Source: Eledone cirrhosa (lineage: Eukaryota). Taken from it: DNA of 64,000 nucleotides. Both the position numbers and the translations under genes were made by a program. Shown here one piece after another: positions 45,860 to 61,530 of the stretch (within the stretch, counting starts at the first letter, position 1; the number at the start of each line of letters is the position of its first letter). Where the stretch lies: contig OZ024759.1 in NCBI GenBank assembly GCA_964016885.1, positions 1,178,001 through 1,242,000 of the forward strand, in the 5' to 3' direction. A model generated the notes under the pieces. It had not been told where the DNA came from and did not search any database. It saw nothing but the letters and a program-made list of their open reading frames with translations.

Positions 45860-48800
45860 CACAGTCTATATTAGTAACATGACAAAGTCTATATTAGTAA
45901 CATGAGACAGTCTATATTAGTAACATGACAAAGTCTCTATTAGTAACATGACAAAGTCTATATTAGTAACATGACAGTCTATATAAGTAACATGACAAAG
46001 TCTCTATTAGTAACATGACAAAGTCTATATTAGTAACATGACAGTCTATATTAGTAACATGACAAAGTCTATATTAGTAACATGACAGTCTATATTGTAA
46101 CATGACAAAGTCTATATTAGTAACATGACAAAGTCTCTATTAGTAACATGACAAAGTCTATATTAGTAACATGACAGTCTATATTAGTAACATGACAAAG
46201 TCTCTATTAGTAACATGACAAAGTCTATATTAGTAACATGACAGTCTATATTAGTAACATGACAAAGTCTATATTAGTAACATGACAGTCTATATTGTAA
46301 CATGACACAGTCTATATTAGTAACATGACACAGTTTATATTAGTAACATGACATAGTCTATATTAGTAACATGACAAAGTCTATATTAGTAACATGACAG
46401 TCTATATTGTAGCATGACACAGTCTATATTAGTAACATGACACAGTCTATATTAGTAACATGACAGTCTATATTAGTAACATGACAAAGTCTATATTAGT
46501 AACATGACAAAGTCTATATTAGTAACATGACAAAGTCTATATTAGTAACATGACAAAGTCTATATTAGTAGCATGACACAGTCTATATTAGTAACATGAC
46601 AAAGTCTATATTAGTAACATGACACAGTCTATATTAGTAACATGACAAAGTCTATATTAGTAGCATGACAAAGTCTATATTAGTAACATGACACAGTCTA
46701 TATTAGTAACATGACAAAGTCTATATTAGTAACATGACACTGTCTATATTAGTAACTTGACAAAGTCTATATTAGTAGCATGACAAAGTCTATATTAGTA
46801 ACATGACACAGTCTATATTAGTAACATGACAAAGTCTCTATTAGTAACATGACAAAGTCTATATTAGTAACATGACAGTCTATATTAGTAACATGACAAA
46901 GTCTCTATTAGTAACATGACAAAGTCTATATTAGTAACATGACAGTCTATATTAGTAACATGACAAAGTCTATATTAGTAACATGACAGTCTATATTGTA
47001 ACATGACACAGTCTATATTAGTAACATGACACAGTTTATATTAGTAACATGACATAGTCTATATTAGTAACATGACAAAGTCTATATTAGTAACATGACA
47101 GTCTATATTGTAACATGACACAGTCTATATTAGTAACATGACACAGTCTATATTAGTAACATGACAGTCTATATTAGTAACATGACAAAGTCTATATTAG
47201 TAACATGACAAAGTCTATATTAGTAACATGACAAAGTCTATATTAGTAACATGACAAAGTCTATATTAGTAGCATGACACAGTCTATATTAGTAACATGA
47301 CAAAGTCTATATTAGTAACATGACACAGTCTATATTAGTAACATGACAAAGTCTATATTAGTAGCATGACAAAGTCTATATTAGTAACATGACACAGTCT
47401 ATATTAGTAACATGACAAAGTCTATATTAGTAACATGACACTGTCTATATTAGTAACTTGACAAAGTCTATATTAGTAACATGACACAGTGTATATTAGT
47501 AACATGACACAGTCTATATTAGTAACATGACAAAGTCTATATTAGTAGCATGACAAAGTCTATATTAGTAACATGACAAAGTCTATATTAGTAACATGAC
47601 ACAGTCTATGTTATTAACATGACAAAGTCTATATTAGTAACATGACAAAGTCTATATTAGTAACATGACACAGTCTATATTAGTAACATGACACAGTCTA
47701 TATTAGTAACATGACAGTCTATATTAGTAACATGACAAAGTCTATATTAGTAACATGACAAAGTCTATATTAGTAACATGACAGTCTATATTAGTAACAT
47801 GACACAGTCTATATTAGTAACATGACAAAGTCTATATTAGTAACATGACACAGTCTATATTATTAACATGGCAAAGTCTATATTAGTAACATGACAAAGT
47901 CTATATTAGTAACATGACAAGGTCTATATTAGTAACATGACACAGTCTATATTAGTAACATGACAAAGTCTATATTAGTAACATGACAGTCTATATTAGT
48001 AACATGCCAAAGTCTATATTAGTAGCATGACAAAGTCTATATTAGTAGCATGACAAAGTCTATATTAGTAACATGAGAAAGTCTATATTAGTAACATGAC
48101 ACAGTCTATATTAGTAACATGACAAAGTCTATATTAGTAGCATGACAAAGTCTATATTAGTAACATGACAAAGTCTATATTAGTAACATGACAAAGTCTA
48201 TATTAGTAACATGACGGTCTATATTAGTAACATGACAGTCTATATTAGTAGCATGACAAAGTCTATATTAGTAACATGACACAGTCTATATTAGTAACAT
48301 GACACAGTCTATATTAGTAACATGACAAAGTCTATATTAGTAGCATGACAAAGTCTATATTAGTAACATGACACAGTCTATATTAGTAACATGACAAAGT
48401 CTATATTAGTAGCATGACAAAGTCTATATTAGTAACATGACACAGTCTATATTAGTAACATGACAAAGTCTATATTAGTAACATGACAAAGTCTATATTA
48501 GTAACATGACAAAGTCTATATTAGTAACATGACTAAGTCTATATTAGTAACATGACACAGTCTATATTAGTAACATGACAGTCTATATTAGTAGCATGAC
48601 AAAGTCTATATTAGTAACATGACAAAGTCTATATTAGTAACATGACACAGTCTATATTAGTAACATGATACAGTCTATATTAGTAACATGACAGTCTATA
48701 TTAGTAACATGACAAAGTCTATATTAGTAACATGGCAAAGTCTATGTTAGTAACATGACAAAGTCTATATTAGTAACATGACAGTCTATATTAGTAACAT

Positions 48801-51800
48801 GACACATTCTATATTAGTAACATGACAAAGTCTATATTAGTAGCATGACAAAGTCTATATTAGTAACATGACAGTCTATATTAGTAACATGCCAAAGTCT
48901 ATATTAGTAGCATGACAAAGTCTATATTAGTAACATGACACAGTCTATATTAGTAACATGACACAGTCTATATTAGTAACATGACACAGTCTATATTAGT
49001 AGCATGACAAAGTCTATATTAGTAACATGACAAAGTATATATTAGTAACATGACAAAGTCTATATTAGTAACATGACAAAGTGTATATTAGTAACATGAC
49101 ACAGTGTATATTAGTAATATGACAGTCTATATTAGTAGCATGACAAAGTCTATATTAGTAACATGACACAGTCTATATTAGTAACATGACACAGTCAATA
49201 TTAGTAACATGACACAGTCTATATTAGTAACATGACAAAGTCTATATTAGTAACATGGCAAAGTCTATATTAGTAACATGACAAAGTCTATATTAGTAAC
49301 ATGACAAGGTCTATATTAGTAACATGACACAGTCTATATTAGTAACATGACAAAGTCTATATTAGTAACATGACAGTCTATATTAGTAACATGCCAAAGT
49401 CTATATTAGTAGCATGACAAAGTCTATATTAGTAGCATGACACAGTCTATATTAGTAACATGACATAGTCTATATTAGTAACATGACAAAGTGTATATTA
49501 GTAACATGACACAGTGTATATTAGTAATATGACAGTCTATATTAGTAGCATGACAAAGTCTATATTAGTAACATGACAAAGTCTATATTAGTAACATGAC
49601 ACAGTCTATATTAGTAACATGACACAGTCTATATTAGTAGCATGACAAAGTCTATATTAGTAACATGACAAAGTCTATATTAGTAACATGAGAAAGTCTA
49701 TATTAGTAACATGACACAGTCTATATTAGTAACATGACAAAGTCTATATTAGTAACATGACACAGTCTATATTAGTAACATGACACAGTCTATATTAGTA
49801 ACATGACAAAGTCTATATTAGTAGCATGACAAAGTCTATATTAGTAACATGACAAAGTCTATATTAGTAACATGACACAGTCTATATTAGTAACATGACA
49901 AAGTCTATATTAGTAACATGACGGTCTATATTAGTAACATGACAGTCTATATTAGTAGCATGACAAAGTCTATATTAGTAACATGACACAGTCTATATTA
50001 GTAACATGACACAGTCTATATTAGTAATATGACAAAGTCTATATTAGTAGCATGACAAAGTCTATATTAGTAACATGACACAGTCTATATTAGTAACATG
50101 ACAAAGTCTATATTAGTAGCATGACAAAGTCTATATTAGTAACATGACAAAGTCTATATTAGTAACATGACACAGTCTATATTAGTAACATGACAGTCTA
50201 TATTAGTAACATGACAGTCCATATTAGTAGCATGACAAAGTCTATATTAGTAACATGACAAAGTCTATATTAGTAGCATGACAAAGTCTATATTAGTAAC
50301 ATGACACAGTCTATATTAGTAACATGACAAAGTCTATATTAGTAGCATGACAAAGTCTTTATTAGTAACATGACACAGTCTATATTAGTAACATGACAAA
50401 GTCTATATTAGTAACATGACAAAGTCTATATTAGTAACATGACAAAGTCTATATTAGTAACATGACTAAGTCTATATTAGTAACATGACACAGTCTATAT
50501 TAGTAACATGACAGTCTATATTAGTAGCATGACAAAGTCTATATTAGTAACATGACAAAGTCTATATTAGTAACATGACACAGTCTATATTAGTAACATG
50601 ACACAGTCTATATTAGTAACATGACAGTCTATATTAGTAACATGACAAAGTCTATATTAGTAACATGGCAAAGTCTATGTTAGTAACATGACAAAGTCTA
50701 TATTAGTAACATGACAGTCTATATTAGTAACATGACACAGTCTATATTAGTAACATGACAAAGTCTATATTAGTAACATCAGACAGTCTATATTAGTAAC
50801 ATGACAAAGTCTCTATTAGTAACATGACAAAGTCTATATTAGTAACATGACAGTCTATATTAGTAACATGACAAAGTCTCTATTAGTAACATGACAAAGT
50901 CTATATTAGTAACATGACAGTCTATATTAGTAACATGACAAAGTCTATATTAGTAACATGACAGTCTATATTGTAACATGACAAAGTCTATATTAGTAAC
51001 ATGACAAAGTCTCTATTAGTAACATGACAAAGTCTATATTAGTAACATGACAGTCTATATTAGTAACATGACAAAGTCTCTATTAGTAACATGACAAAGT
51101 CTATATTAGTAACATGACAGTCTATATTAGTAACATGACAAAGTCTATATTAGTAACATGACAGTCTATATTGTAACATGACACAGTCTATATTAGTAAC
51201 ATGACACAGTTTATATTAGTAACATGACATAGTCTATATTAGTAACATGACAAAGTCTATATTAGTAACATGACAGTCTATATTGTAGCATGACACAGTC
51301 TATATTAGTAACATGACACAGTCTATATTAGTAACATGACAGTCTATATTAGTAACATGACAAAGTCTATATTATTAACATGACAAAGTCTATATTAGTA
51401 ACATGACAAAGTCTATATTAGTAACATGACAAAGTCTATATTAGTAGCATGACACAGTCTATATTAGTAACATGACAAAGTCTATATTAGTAACATGACA
51501 CAGTCTATATTACTAACATGACAAAGTCTATATTAGTAGCATGACAAAGTCTATATTAGTAACATGACACAGTCTATATTAGTAACATGACAAAGTCTAT
51601 ATTAGTAACATGACACTGTCTATATTAGTAACTTGACAAAGTCTATATTAGTAGCATGACAAAGTCTATATTAGTAACATGACACAGTCTATATTAGTAA
51701 CATGACAAAGTCTCTATTAGTAACATGACAAAGTCTATATTAGTAACATGACAGTCTATATTAGTAACATGACAAAGTCTCTATTAGTAACATGACAAAG

Positions 51801-54800
51801 TCTATATTAGTAACATGACAGTCTATATTAGTAACATGACAAAGTCTATATTAGTAACATGACAGTCTATATTGTAACATGACACAGTCTATATTAGTAA
51901 CATGACACAGTTTATATTAGTAACATGACATAGTCTATATTAGTAACATGACAAAGTCTATATTAGTAACATGACAGTCTATATTGTAACATGACACAGT
52001 CTATATTAGTAACATGACAGTCTATATTAGTAACATGACAAAGTCTATATTAGTAACATGACAAAGTCTATATTAGTAACATGACAAAGTCTATATTAGT
52101 AACATGACAAAGTCTATATTAGTAGCATGACACAGTCTATATTAGTAACATGACAAAGTCTATATTAGTAACATGACACAGTCTATATTAGTAACATGAC
52201 AAAGTCTATATTAGTAGCATGACAAAGTCTATATTAGTAACATGACACAGTCTATATTAGTAACATGACAAAGTCTATATTAGTAACATGACACTGTCTA
52301 TATTAGTAACTTGACAAAGTCTATATTAGTAACATGACACAGTGTATATTAGTAACATGACACAGTCTATATTAGTAACATGACAAAGTCTATATTAGTA
52401 GCATGACAAAGTCTATATTAGTAACATGACAAAGTCTATATTAGTAACATGACACAGTCTATGTTATTAACATGACAAAGTCTATATTAGTAACATGACA
52501 AAGTCTATATTAGTAACATGACACAGTCTATATTAGTAACATGACACAGTCTATATTAGTAACATGACAGTCTATATTAGTAACATGACAAAGTCTATAT
52601 TAGTAACATGACAAAGTCTATATTAGTAACATGACAGTCTATATTAGTAACATGACACAGTCTATATTAGTAACATGACAAAGTCTATATTAGTAACATG
52701 ACACAGTCTATATTATTAACATGGCAAAGTCTATATTAGTAACATGACAAAGTCTATATTAGTAACATGACAAGGTCTATATTAGTAACATGACACAGTC
52801 TATATTAGTAACATGACAAAGTCTATATTAGTAACATGACAGTCTATATTAGTAACATGCCAAAGTCTATATTAGTAGCATGACAAAGTCTATATTAGTA
52901 GCATGACAAAGTCTATATTAGTAACATGAGAAAGTCTATATTAGTAACATGACACAGTCTATATTAGTAACATGACAAAGTCTATATTAGTAGCATGACA
53001 AAGTCTATATTAGTAACATGACAAAGTCTATATTAGTAACATGACAAAGTCTATATTAGTAACATGACGGTCTATATTAGTAACATGACAGTCTATATTA
53101 GTAGCATGACAAAGTCTATATTAGTAACATGACACAGTCTATATTAGTAACATGACACAGTCTATATTAGTAACATGACAAAGTCTATATTAGTAGCATG
53201 ACAAAGTCTATATTAGTAACATGACACAGTCTATATTAGTAACATGACAAAGTCTATATTAGTAGCATGACAAAGTCTATATTAGTAACATGACACAGTC
53301 TATATTAGTAACATGACAAAGTCTATATTAGTAACATGACAAAGTCTATATTAGTAACATGACAAAGTCTATATTAGTAACATGACTAAGTCTATATTAG
53401 TAACATGACACAGTCTATATTAGTAACATGACAGTCTATATTAGTAGCATGACAAAGTCTATATTAGTAACATGACAAAGTCTATATTAGTAACATGACA
53501 CAGTCTATATTAGTAACATGATACAGTCTATATTAGTAACATGACAGTCTATATTAGTAACATGACAAAGTCTATATTAGTAACATGGCAAAGTCTATGT
53601 TAGTAACATGACAAAGTCTATATTAGTAACATGACAGTCTATATTAGTAACATGACACATTCTATATTAGTAACATGACAAAGTCTATATTAGTAGCATG
53701 ACAAAGTCTATATTAGTAACATGACAGTCTATATTAGTAACATGCCAAAGTCTATATTAGTAGCATGACAAAGTCTATATTAGTAACATGACACAGTCTA
53801 TATTAGTAACATGACACAGTCTATATTAGTAACATGACACAGTCTATATTAGTAGCATGACAAAGTCTATATTAGTAACATGACAAAGTATATATTAGTA
53901 ACATGACAAAGTCTATATTAGTAACATGACAAAGTGTATATTAGTTACATGACACAGTGTATATTAGTAATATGACAGTCTATATTAGTAGCATGACAAA
54001 GTCTATATTAGTAACATGACACAGTCTATATTAGTAACATGACACAGTCAATATTAGTAACATGACACAGTCTATATTAGTAACATGACAAAGTCTATAT
54101 TAGTAACATGGCAAAGTCTATATTAGTAACATGACAAAGTCTATATTAGTAACATGACAAGGTCTATATTAGTAACATGACACAGTCTATATTAGTAACA
54201 TGACAAAGTCTATATTAGTAACATGACAGTCTATATTAGTAACATGCCAAAGTCTATATTAGTAGCATGACAAAGTCTATATTAGTAGCATGACACAGTC
54301 TATATTAGTAACATGACATAGTCTATATTAGTAACATGACAAAGTGTATATTAGTAACATGACACAGTGTATATTAGTAATATGACAGTCTATATTAGTA
54401 GCATGACAAAGTCTATATTAGTAACATGACAAAGTCTATATTAGTAACATGACACAGTCTATATTAGTAACATGACACAGTCTATATTAGTAGCATGACA
54501 AAGTCTATATTAGTAACATGACAAAGTCTATATTAGTAACATGAGAAAGTCTATATTAGTAACATGATACAGTCTATATTAGTAACATGACAAAGTCTAT
54601 ATTAGTAACATGACACAGTCTATATTAGTAACATGACACAGTCTATATTAGTAACATGACAAAGTCTATATTAGTAGCATGACAAAGTCTATATTAGTAA
54701 CATGACAAAGTCTATATTAGTAACATGACACAGTCTATATTAGTAACATGACAAAGTCTATATTAGTAACATGACGGTCTATATTAGTAACATGACAGTC

Positions 54801-55590
54801 TATATTAGTAGCATGACAAAGTCTATATTAGTAACATGACACAGTCTATATTAGTAACATGACACAGTCTATATTAGTAATATGACAAAGTCTATATTAG
54901 TAGCATGACAAAGTCTATATTAGTAACATGACACAGTCTATATTAGTAACATGACAAAGTCTATATTAGTAGCATGACAAAGTCTATATTAGTAACATGA
55001 CAAAGTCTATATTAGTAACATGACACAGTCTATATTAGTAACATGACAGTCTATATTAGTAACATGACAGTCCATATTAGTAGCATGACAAAGTCTATAT
55101 TAGTAACATGACAAAGTCTATATTAGTAGCATGACAAAGTCTATATTAGTAACATGACACAGTCTATATTAGTAACATGACAAAGTCTATATTAGTAGCA
55201 TGACAAAGTCTTTATTAGTAACATGACACAGTCTATATTAGTAACATGACAAAGTCTATATTAGTAACATGACAAAGTCTATATTAGTAACATGACAAAG
55301 TCTATATTAGTAACATGACTAAGTCTATATTAGTAACATGACACAGTCTATATTAGTAACATGACAGTCTATATTAGTAGCATGACAAAGTCTATATTAG
55401 TAACATGACAAAGTCTATATTAGTAACATGACACAGTCTATATTAGTAACATGACACAGTCTATATTAGTAACATGACAGTCTATATTAGTAACATGACA
55501 AAGTCTATATTAGTAACATGGCAAAGTCTATGTTAGTAACATGACAAAGTCTATATTAGTAACATGACAGTCTATATTAGTAACATGACA
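45860..55590. repeat. Tandem duplication with period 4,876 bp (4,853 bp after loss of one 23-mer near 52000)
   Basis: cat(g/c)agacag 45901/50777 and tctatattgtagc 46401/51277 give 4876. gacacagtcaat 49188/54041 and caaagtcttt 50351/55204 give 4853. Confidence 0.9.
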
Positions 55591-58500
55591 AAGTCTATAT
55601 TAGTAACATGGCAAAGTCTATGTTAGTAACATGACAAAGTCTATATTAGTAACATGACAGTCTATATTAGTAACATGACACATTCTATATTAGTAACATG
55701 ACAAAGTCTATATTAGTAGCATGACAAAGTCTATATTAGTAACATGACAGTCTATATTAGTAACATGCCAAAGTCTATATTAGTAGCATGACAAAGTCTA
55801 TATTAGTAACATGACACAGTCTATATTAGTAACATGACACAGTCTATATTAGTAACATGACACAGTCTATATTAGTAGCATGACAAAGTCTATATTAGTA
55901 ACATGACAAAGTCTATATTAGTAACATGACAAAGTCTATATTAGTAACATGACAAAGTCTATATTAGTAACATGACACAGTGTATATTAGTAATATGACA
56001 GTCTATATTAGTAGCATGACAAAGTCTATATTAGTAACATGACAAAGTCTATATTAGTAACATGACACAGTCTATATTAGTAACATGACACAGTCTATAT
56101 TAGTAACATGACACAGTCTATATTAGTAACATGACAAAGTCTATATTAGTAACATGGCAAAGTCTATATTAGTAACATGACAAAGTCTATATTAGTAACA
56201 TGACAAGGTCTATATTAGTAACATGACACAGTCTATATTAGTAACATGACAAAGTCTATATTAGTAACATGACAGTCTATATTAGTAACATGCCAAAGTC
56301 TATATTAGTAGCATGACAAAGTCTATATTAGTAGCATGACACAGTCTATATTAGTAACATGACACAGTCTATATTAGTAACATGACAAAGTCTATATTAG
56401 TAGCATGACAAAGTCTATATTAGTAACATGACAAAGTCTATATTAGTAACATGACACAGTCTATATTAGTAACATGACAAAGTCTATATTAGTAACATGA
56501 CGGTCTATATTAGTAACATGACAGTCTATATTAGTAGCATGACAAAGTCTATATTAGTAACATGACACAGTCTATATCAGTAACATGACACAGTCTATAT
56601 TAGTAACATGACAAAGTCTATATTAGTAGCATGACAAAGTCTATATTAGTAACATGACACAGTCTATATTAGTAACATGACAAAGTCTATATTGGTAGCA
56701 TGACAAAGTCTATATTAGTAACATGACAAAGTCTATATTAGTAACATGACACAGTCTATATTAGTAACATGACAGTCTATATTAGTAACATGACAGTCCA
56801 TATTAGTAGCATGACAAAGTCTATATTAGTAACATGACAAAGTCTATATTAGTAACATGACACAGTCTATATTAGTAACATGACACAGTCTATATTAGTA
56901 ACATCATACAGTCTATATTAGTAACATGACAAAGTCTATATTAGTAACATGGCAAAGTCTATATTAGTAACATGACACAGTCTATATTAGTAACATGACA
57001 AGGCCTATATTAGTAACATGACACAGTCTATATTAGTAACATGACAAAGTCTATATTAGTAACATGACAGTCTATATTAGTAACATGACAATGTCTATAT
57101 TAGTAACATGACAAAGTCTATATTAGTAACATGACAGTCTATATTAGTAACATGACACAGTCTATATTAGTAACATGACAAAGTCTATATTAGTAACATG
57201 ACACAGTCTATATTAGTAACATGACACAGTCTATATTAGTAACATGACACAGTTTATATTAGTAACATGACAAAGTCTATATTAGTAACATGACAGAGTC
57301 TATATTAGTAACATGGCAGTCTATATTAGTTACATGACAAAGTCTATATTAGTAACATGACACAGTCTATATTAGTAACATGACAAAGACTCTATTAGTA
57401 ACATGACAAAGTCTATATTAGTAACATGACAGTGTATATTAGTAACATGACAAAATCTATATTAGTAACATGACAGTCTATATTAGTAACATGACAAAGT
57501 CTATATTAGTAACATAACAGTCTATATTGTACCATGACACAGTCTATATTAGTAACATGACATAGTCTATATTAGTAACATGACAAAGTCTATATTAGTA
57601 ACATGACAGTCTATATTGTAACATGACACAGTCTATATTAGTAACATGACACAGTCTATATTAGTAACATGACAGTCTATATTAGTAACATGACAAAGTC
57701 TATATTAGTAACATGACAAAGTCTATATTAGTAACATGAAAAAGTCTATATTAGTAGCATGACACAGTCTATATTAGTAACATGACAAAGTCTATATTAG
57801 TAACATGACAAAGTCTATATTAGTAACATGGCAAAGTCTATATTAGTAACATGACAAAGTCTATATTAGTAACATGACAAGGTCTATATTAGTAACATGA
57901 CACAGTCTATATTAGTAACATGACAAAGTCTATATTAGTAACATGACAGTCTATATTAGTAACATGCCAAAGTCTATATTAGTAGCATGACAAAGTCTAT
58001 ATTAGTAGCATGACACAGTCTATATTAGTAACATGACATAGTCTATATTAGTAACATGACAAAGTGTATATTAGTAACATGACACAGTGTATATTAGTAA
58101 TATGACAGTCTATATTAGTAGCATGACAAAGTCTATATTAGTAACATGACAAAGTCTATATTAGTAACATGACACAGTCTATATTAGTAACATGACACAG
58201 TCTATATTAGTAGCATGACAAAGTCTATATTAGTAACATGACAAAGTCTATATTAGTAACATGAGAAAGTCTATATTAGTAACATGATACAGTCTATATT
58301 AGTAACATGACAAAGTCTATATTAGTAACATGACACAGTCTATATTAGTAACATGACACAGTCTATATTAGTAACATGACAAAGTCTATATTAGTAGCAT
58401 GACAAAGTCTATATTAGTAACATGACAAAGTCTATATTAGTAACATGACACAGTCTATATTAGTAACATGACAAAGTCTATATTAGTAACATGACGGTCT

Positions 58501-61500
58501 ATATTAGTAACATGACAGTCTATATTAGTAGCATGACAAAGTCTATATTAGTAACATGACACAGTCTATATTAGTAACATGACACAGTCTATATTAGTAA
58601 TATGACAAAGTCTATATTAGTAGCATGACAAAGTCTATATTAGTAACATGACACAGTCTATATTAGTAACATGACAAAGTCTATATTAGTAGCATGACAA
58701 AGTCTATATTAGTAACATGACAAAGTCTATATTAGTAACATGACACAGTCTATATTAGTAACATGACAGTCTATATTAGTAACATGACAGTCCATATTAG
58801 TAGCATGACAAAGTCTATATTAGTAACATGACAAAGTCTATATTAGTAGCATGACAAAGTCTATATTAGTAACATGACACAGTCTATATTAGTAACATGA
58901 CAAAGTCTATATTAGTAGCATGACAAAGTCTTTATTAGTAACATGACACAGTCTATATTAGTAACATGACAAAGTCTATATTAGTAACATGACAAAGTCT
59001 ATATTAGTAACATGACAAAGTCTATATTAGTAACATGACTAAGTCTATATTAGTAACATGACACAGTCTATATTAGTAACATGACAGTCTATATTAGTAG
59101 CATGACAAAGTCTATATTAGTAACATGACAAAGTCTATATTAGTAACATGACACAGTCTATATTAGTAACATGACACAGTCTATATTAGTAACATGACAG
59201 TCTATATTAGTAACATGACAAAGTCTATATTAGTAACATGGCAAAGTCTATGTTAGTAACATGACAAAGTCTATATTAGTAACATGACAGTCTATATTAG
59301 TAACATGACAAAGTCTATATTAGTAACATGGCAAAGTCTATGTTAGTAACATGACAAAGTCTATATTAGTAACATGACAGTCTATATTAGTAACATGACA
59401 CATTCTATATTAGTAACATGACAAAGTCTATATTAGTAGCATGACAAAGTCTATATTAGTAACATGACAGTCTATATTAGTAACATGCCAAAGTCTATAT
59501 TAGTAGCATGACAAAGTCTATATTAGTAACATGACACAGTCTATATTAGTAACATGACACAGTCTATATTAGTAACATGACACAGTCTATATTAGTAGCA
59601 TGACAAAGTCTATATTAGTAACATGACAAAGTCTATATTAGTAACATGACAAAGTCTATATTAGTAACATGACAAAGTCTATATTAGTAACATGACACAG
59701 TGTATATTAGTAATATGACAGTCTATATTAGTAGCATGACAAAGTCTATATTAGTAACATGACAAAGTCTATATTAGTAACATGACACAGTCTATATTAG
59801 TAACATGACACAGTCTATATTAGTAACATGACACAGTCTATATTAGTAACATGACAAAGTCTATATTAGTAACATGGCAAAGTCTATATTAGTAACATGA
59901 CAAAGTCTATATTAGTAACATGACAAGGTCTATATTAGTAACATGACACAGTCTATATTAGTAACATGACAAAGTCTATATTAGTAACATGACAGTCTAT
60001 ATTAGTAACATGCCAAAGTCTATATTAGTAGCATGACAAAGTCTATATTAGTAGCATGACACAGTCTATATTAGTAACATGACACAGTCTATATTAGTAA
60101 CATGACAAAGTCTATATTAGTAGCATGACAAAGTCTATATTAGTAACATGACAAAGTCTATATTAGTAACATGACACAGTCTATATTAGTAACATGACAA
60201 AGTCTATATTAGTAACATGACGGTCTATATTAGTAACATGACAGTCTATATTAGTAGCATGACAAAGTCTATATTAGTAACATGACACAGTCTATATCAG
60301 TAACATGACACAGTCTATATTAGTAACATGACAAAGTCTATATTAGTAGCATGACAAAGTCTATATTAGTAACATGACACAGTCTATATTAGTAACATGA
60401 CAAAGTCTATATTAGTAGCATGACAAAGTCTATATTAGTAACATGACAAAGTCTATATTAGTAACATGACACAGTCTATATTAGTAACATGACAGTCTAT
60501 ATTAGTAACATGACAGTCCATATTAGTAGCATGACAAAGTCTATATTAGTAACATGACAAAGTCTATATTAGTAACATGACACAGTCTATATTAGTAACA
60601 TGACACAGTCTATATTAGTAACATCATACAGTCTATATTAGTAACATGACAAAGTCTATATTAGTAACATGGCAAAGTCTATATTAGTAACATGACACAG
60701 TCTATATTAGTAACATGACAAGGCCTATATTAGTAACATGACACAGTCTATATTAGTAACATGACAAAGTCTATATTAGTAACATGACAGTCTATATTAG
60801 TAACATGACAATGTCTATATTAGTAACATGACAAAGTCTATATTAGTAACATGACAGTCTATATTAGTAACATGACACAGTCTATATTAGTAACATGACA
60901 AAGTCTATATTAGTAACATGACACAGTCTATATTAGTAACATGACACAGTCTATATTAGTAACATGACACAGTTTATATTAGTAACATGACAAAGTCTAT
61001 ATTAGTAACATGACAGAGTCTATATTAGTAACATGGCAGTCTATATTAGTTACATGACAAAGTCTATATTAGTAACATGACACAGTCTATATTAGTAACA
61101 TGACAAAGACTCTATTAGTAACATGACAAAGTCTATATTAGTAACATGACAGTGTATATTAGTAACATGACAAAATCTATATTAGTAACATGACAGTCTA
61201 TATTAGTAACATGACAAAGTCTATATTAGTAACATAACAGTCTATATTGTACCATGACACAGTCTATATTAGTAACATGACATAGTCTATATTAGTAACA
61301 TGACAAAGTCTATATTAGTAACATGACAGTCTATATTGTAACATGACACAGTCTATATTAGTAACATGACACAGTCTATATTAGTAACATGACAGTCTAT
61401 ATTAGTAACATGACAAAGTCTATATTAGTAACATGACAAAGTCTATATTAGTAACATGAAAAAGTCTATATTAGTAGCATGACACAGTCTATATTAGTAA

Positions 61501-61530
61501 CATGACAAAGTCTATATTAGTAACATGACA
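54069..61530. repeat. Near-perfect tandem duplication with period 3,720 bp
   Basis: The 60-bp lines repeat exactly 62 lines apart (54121 = 57841; 57721 = 61441, both with catgaaaaag). One difference seen: attGgtagc at 56694 versus A at 60414. Confidence 0.93.
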
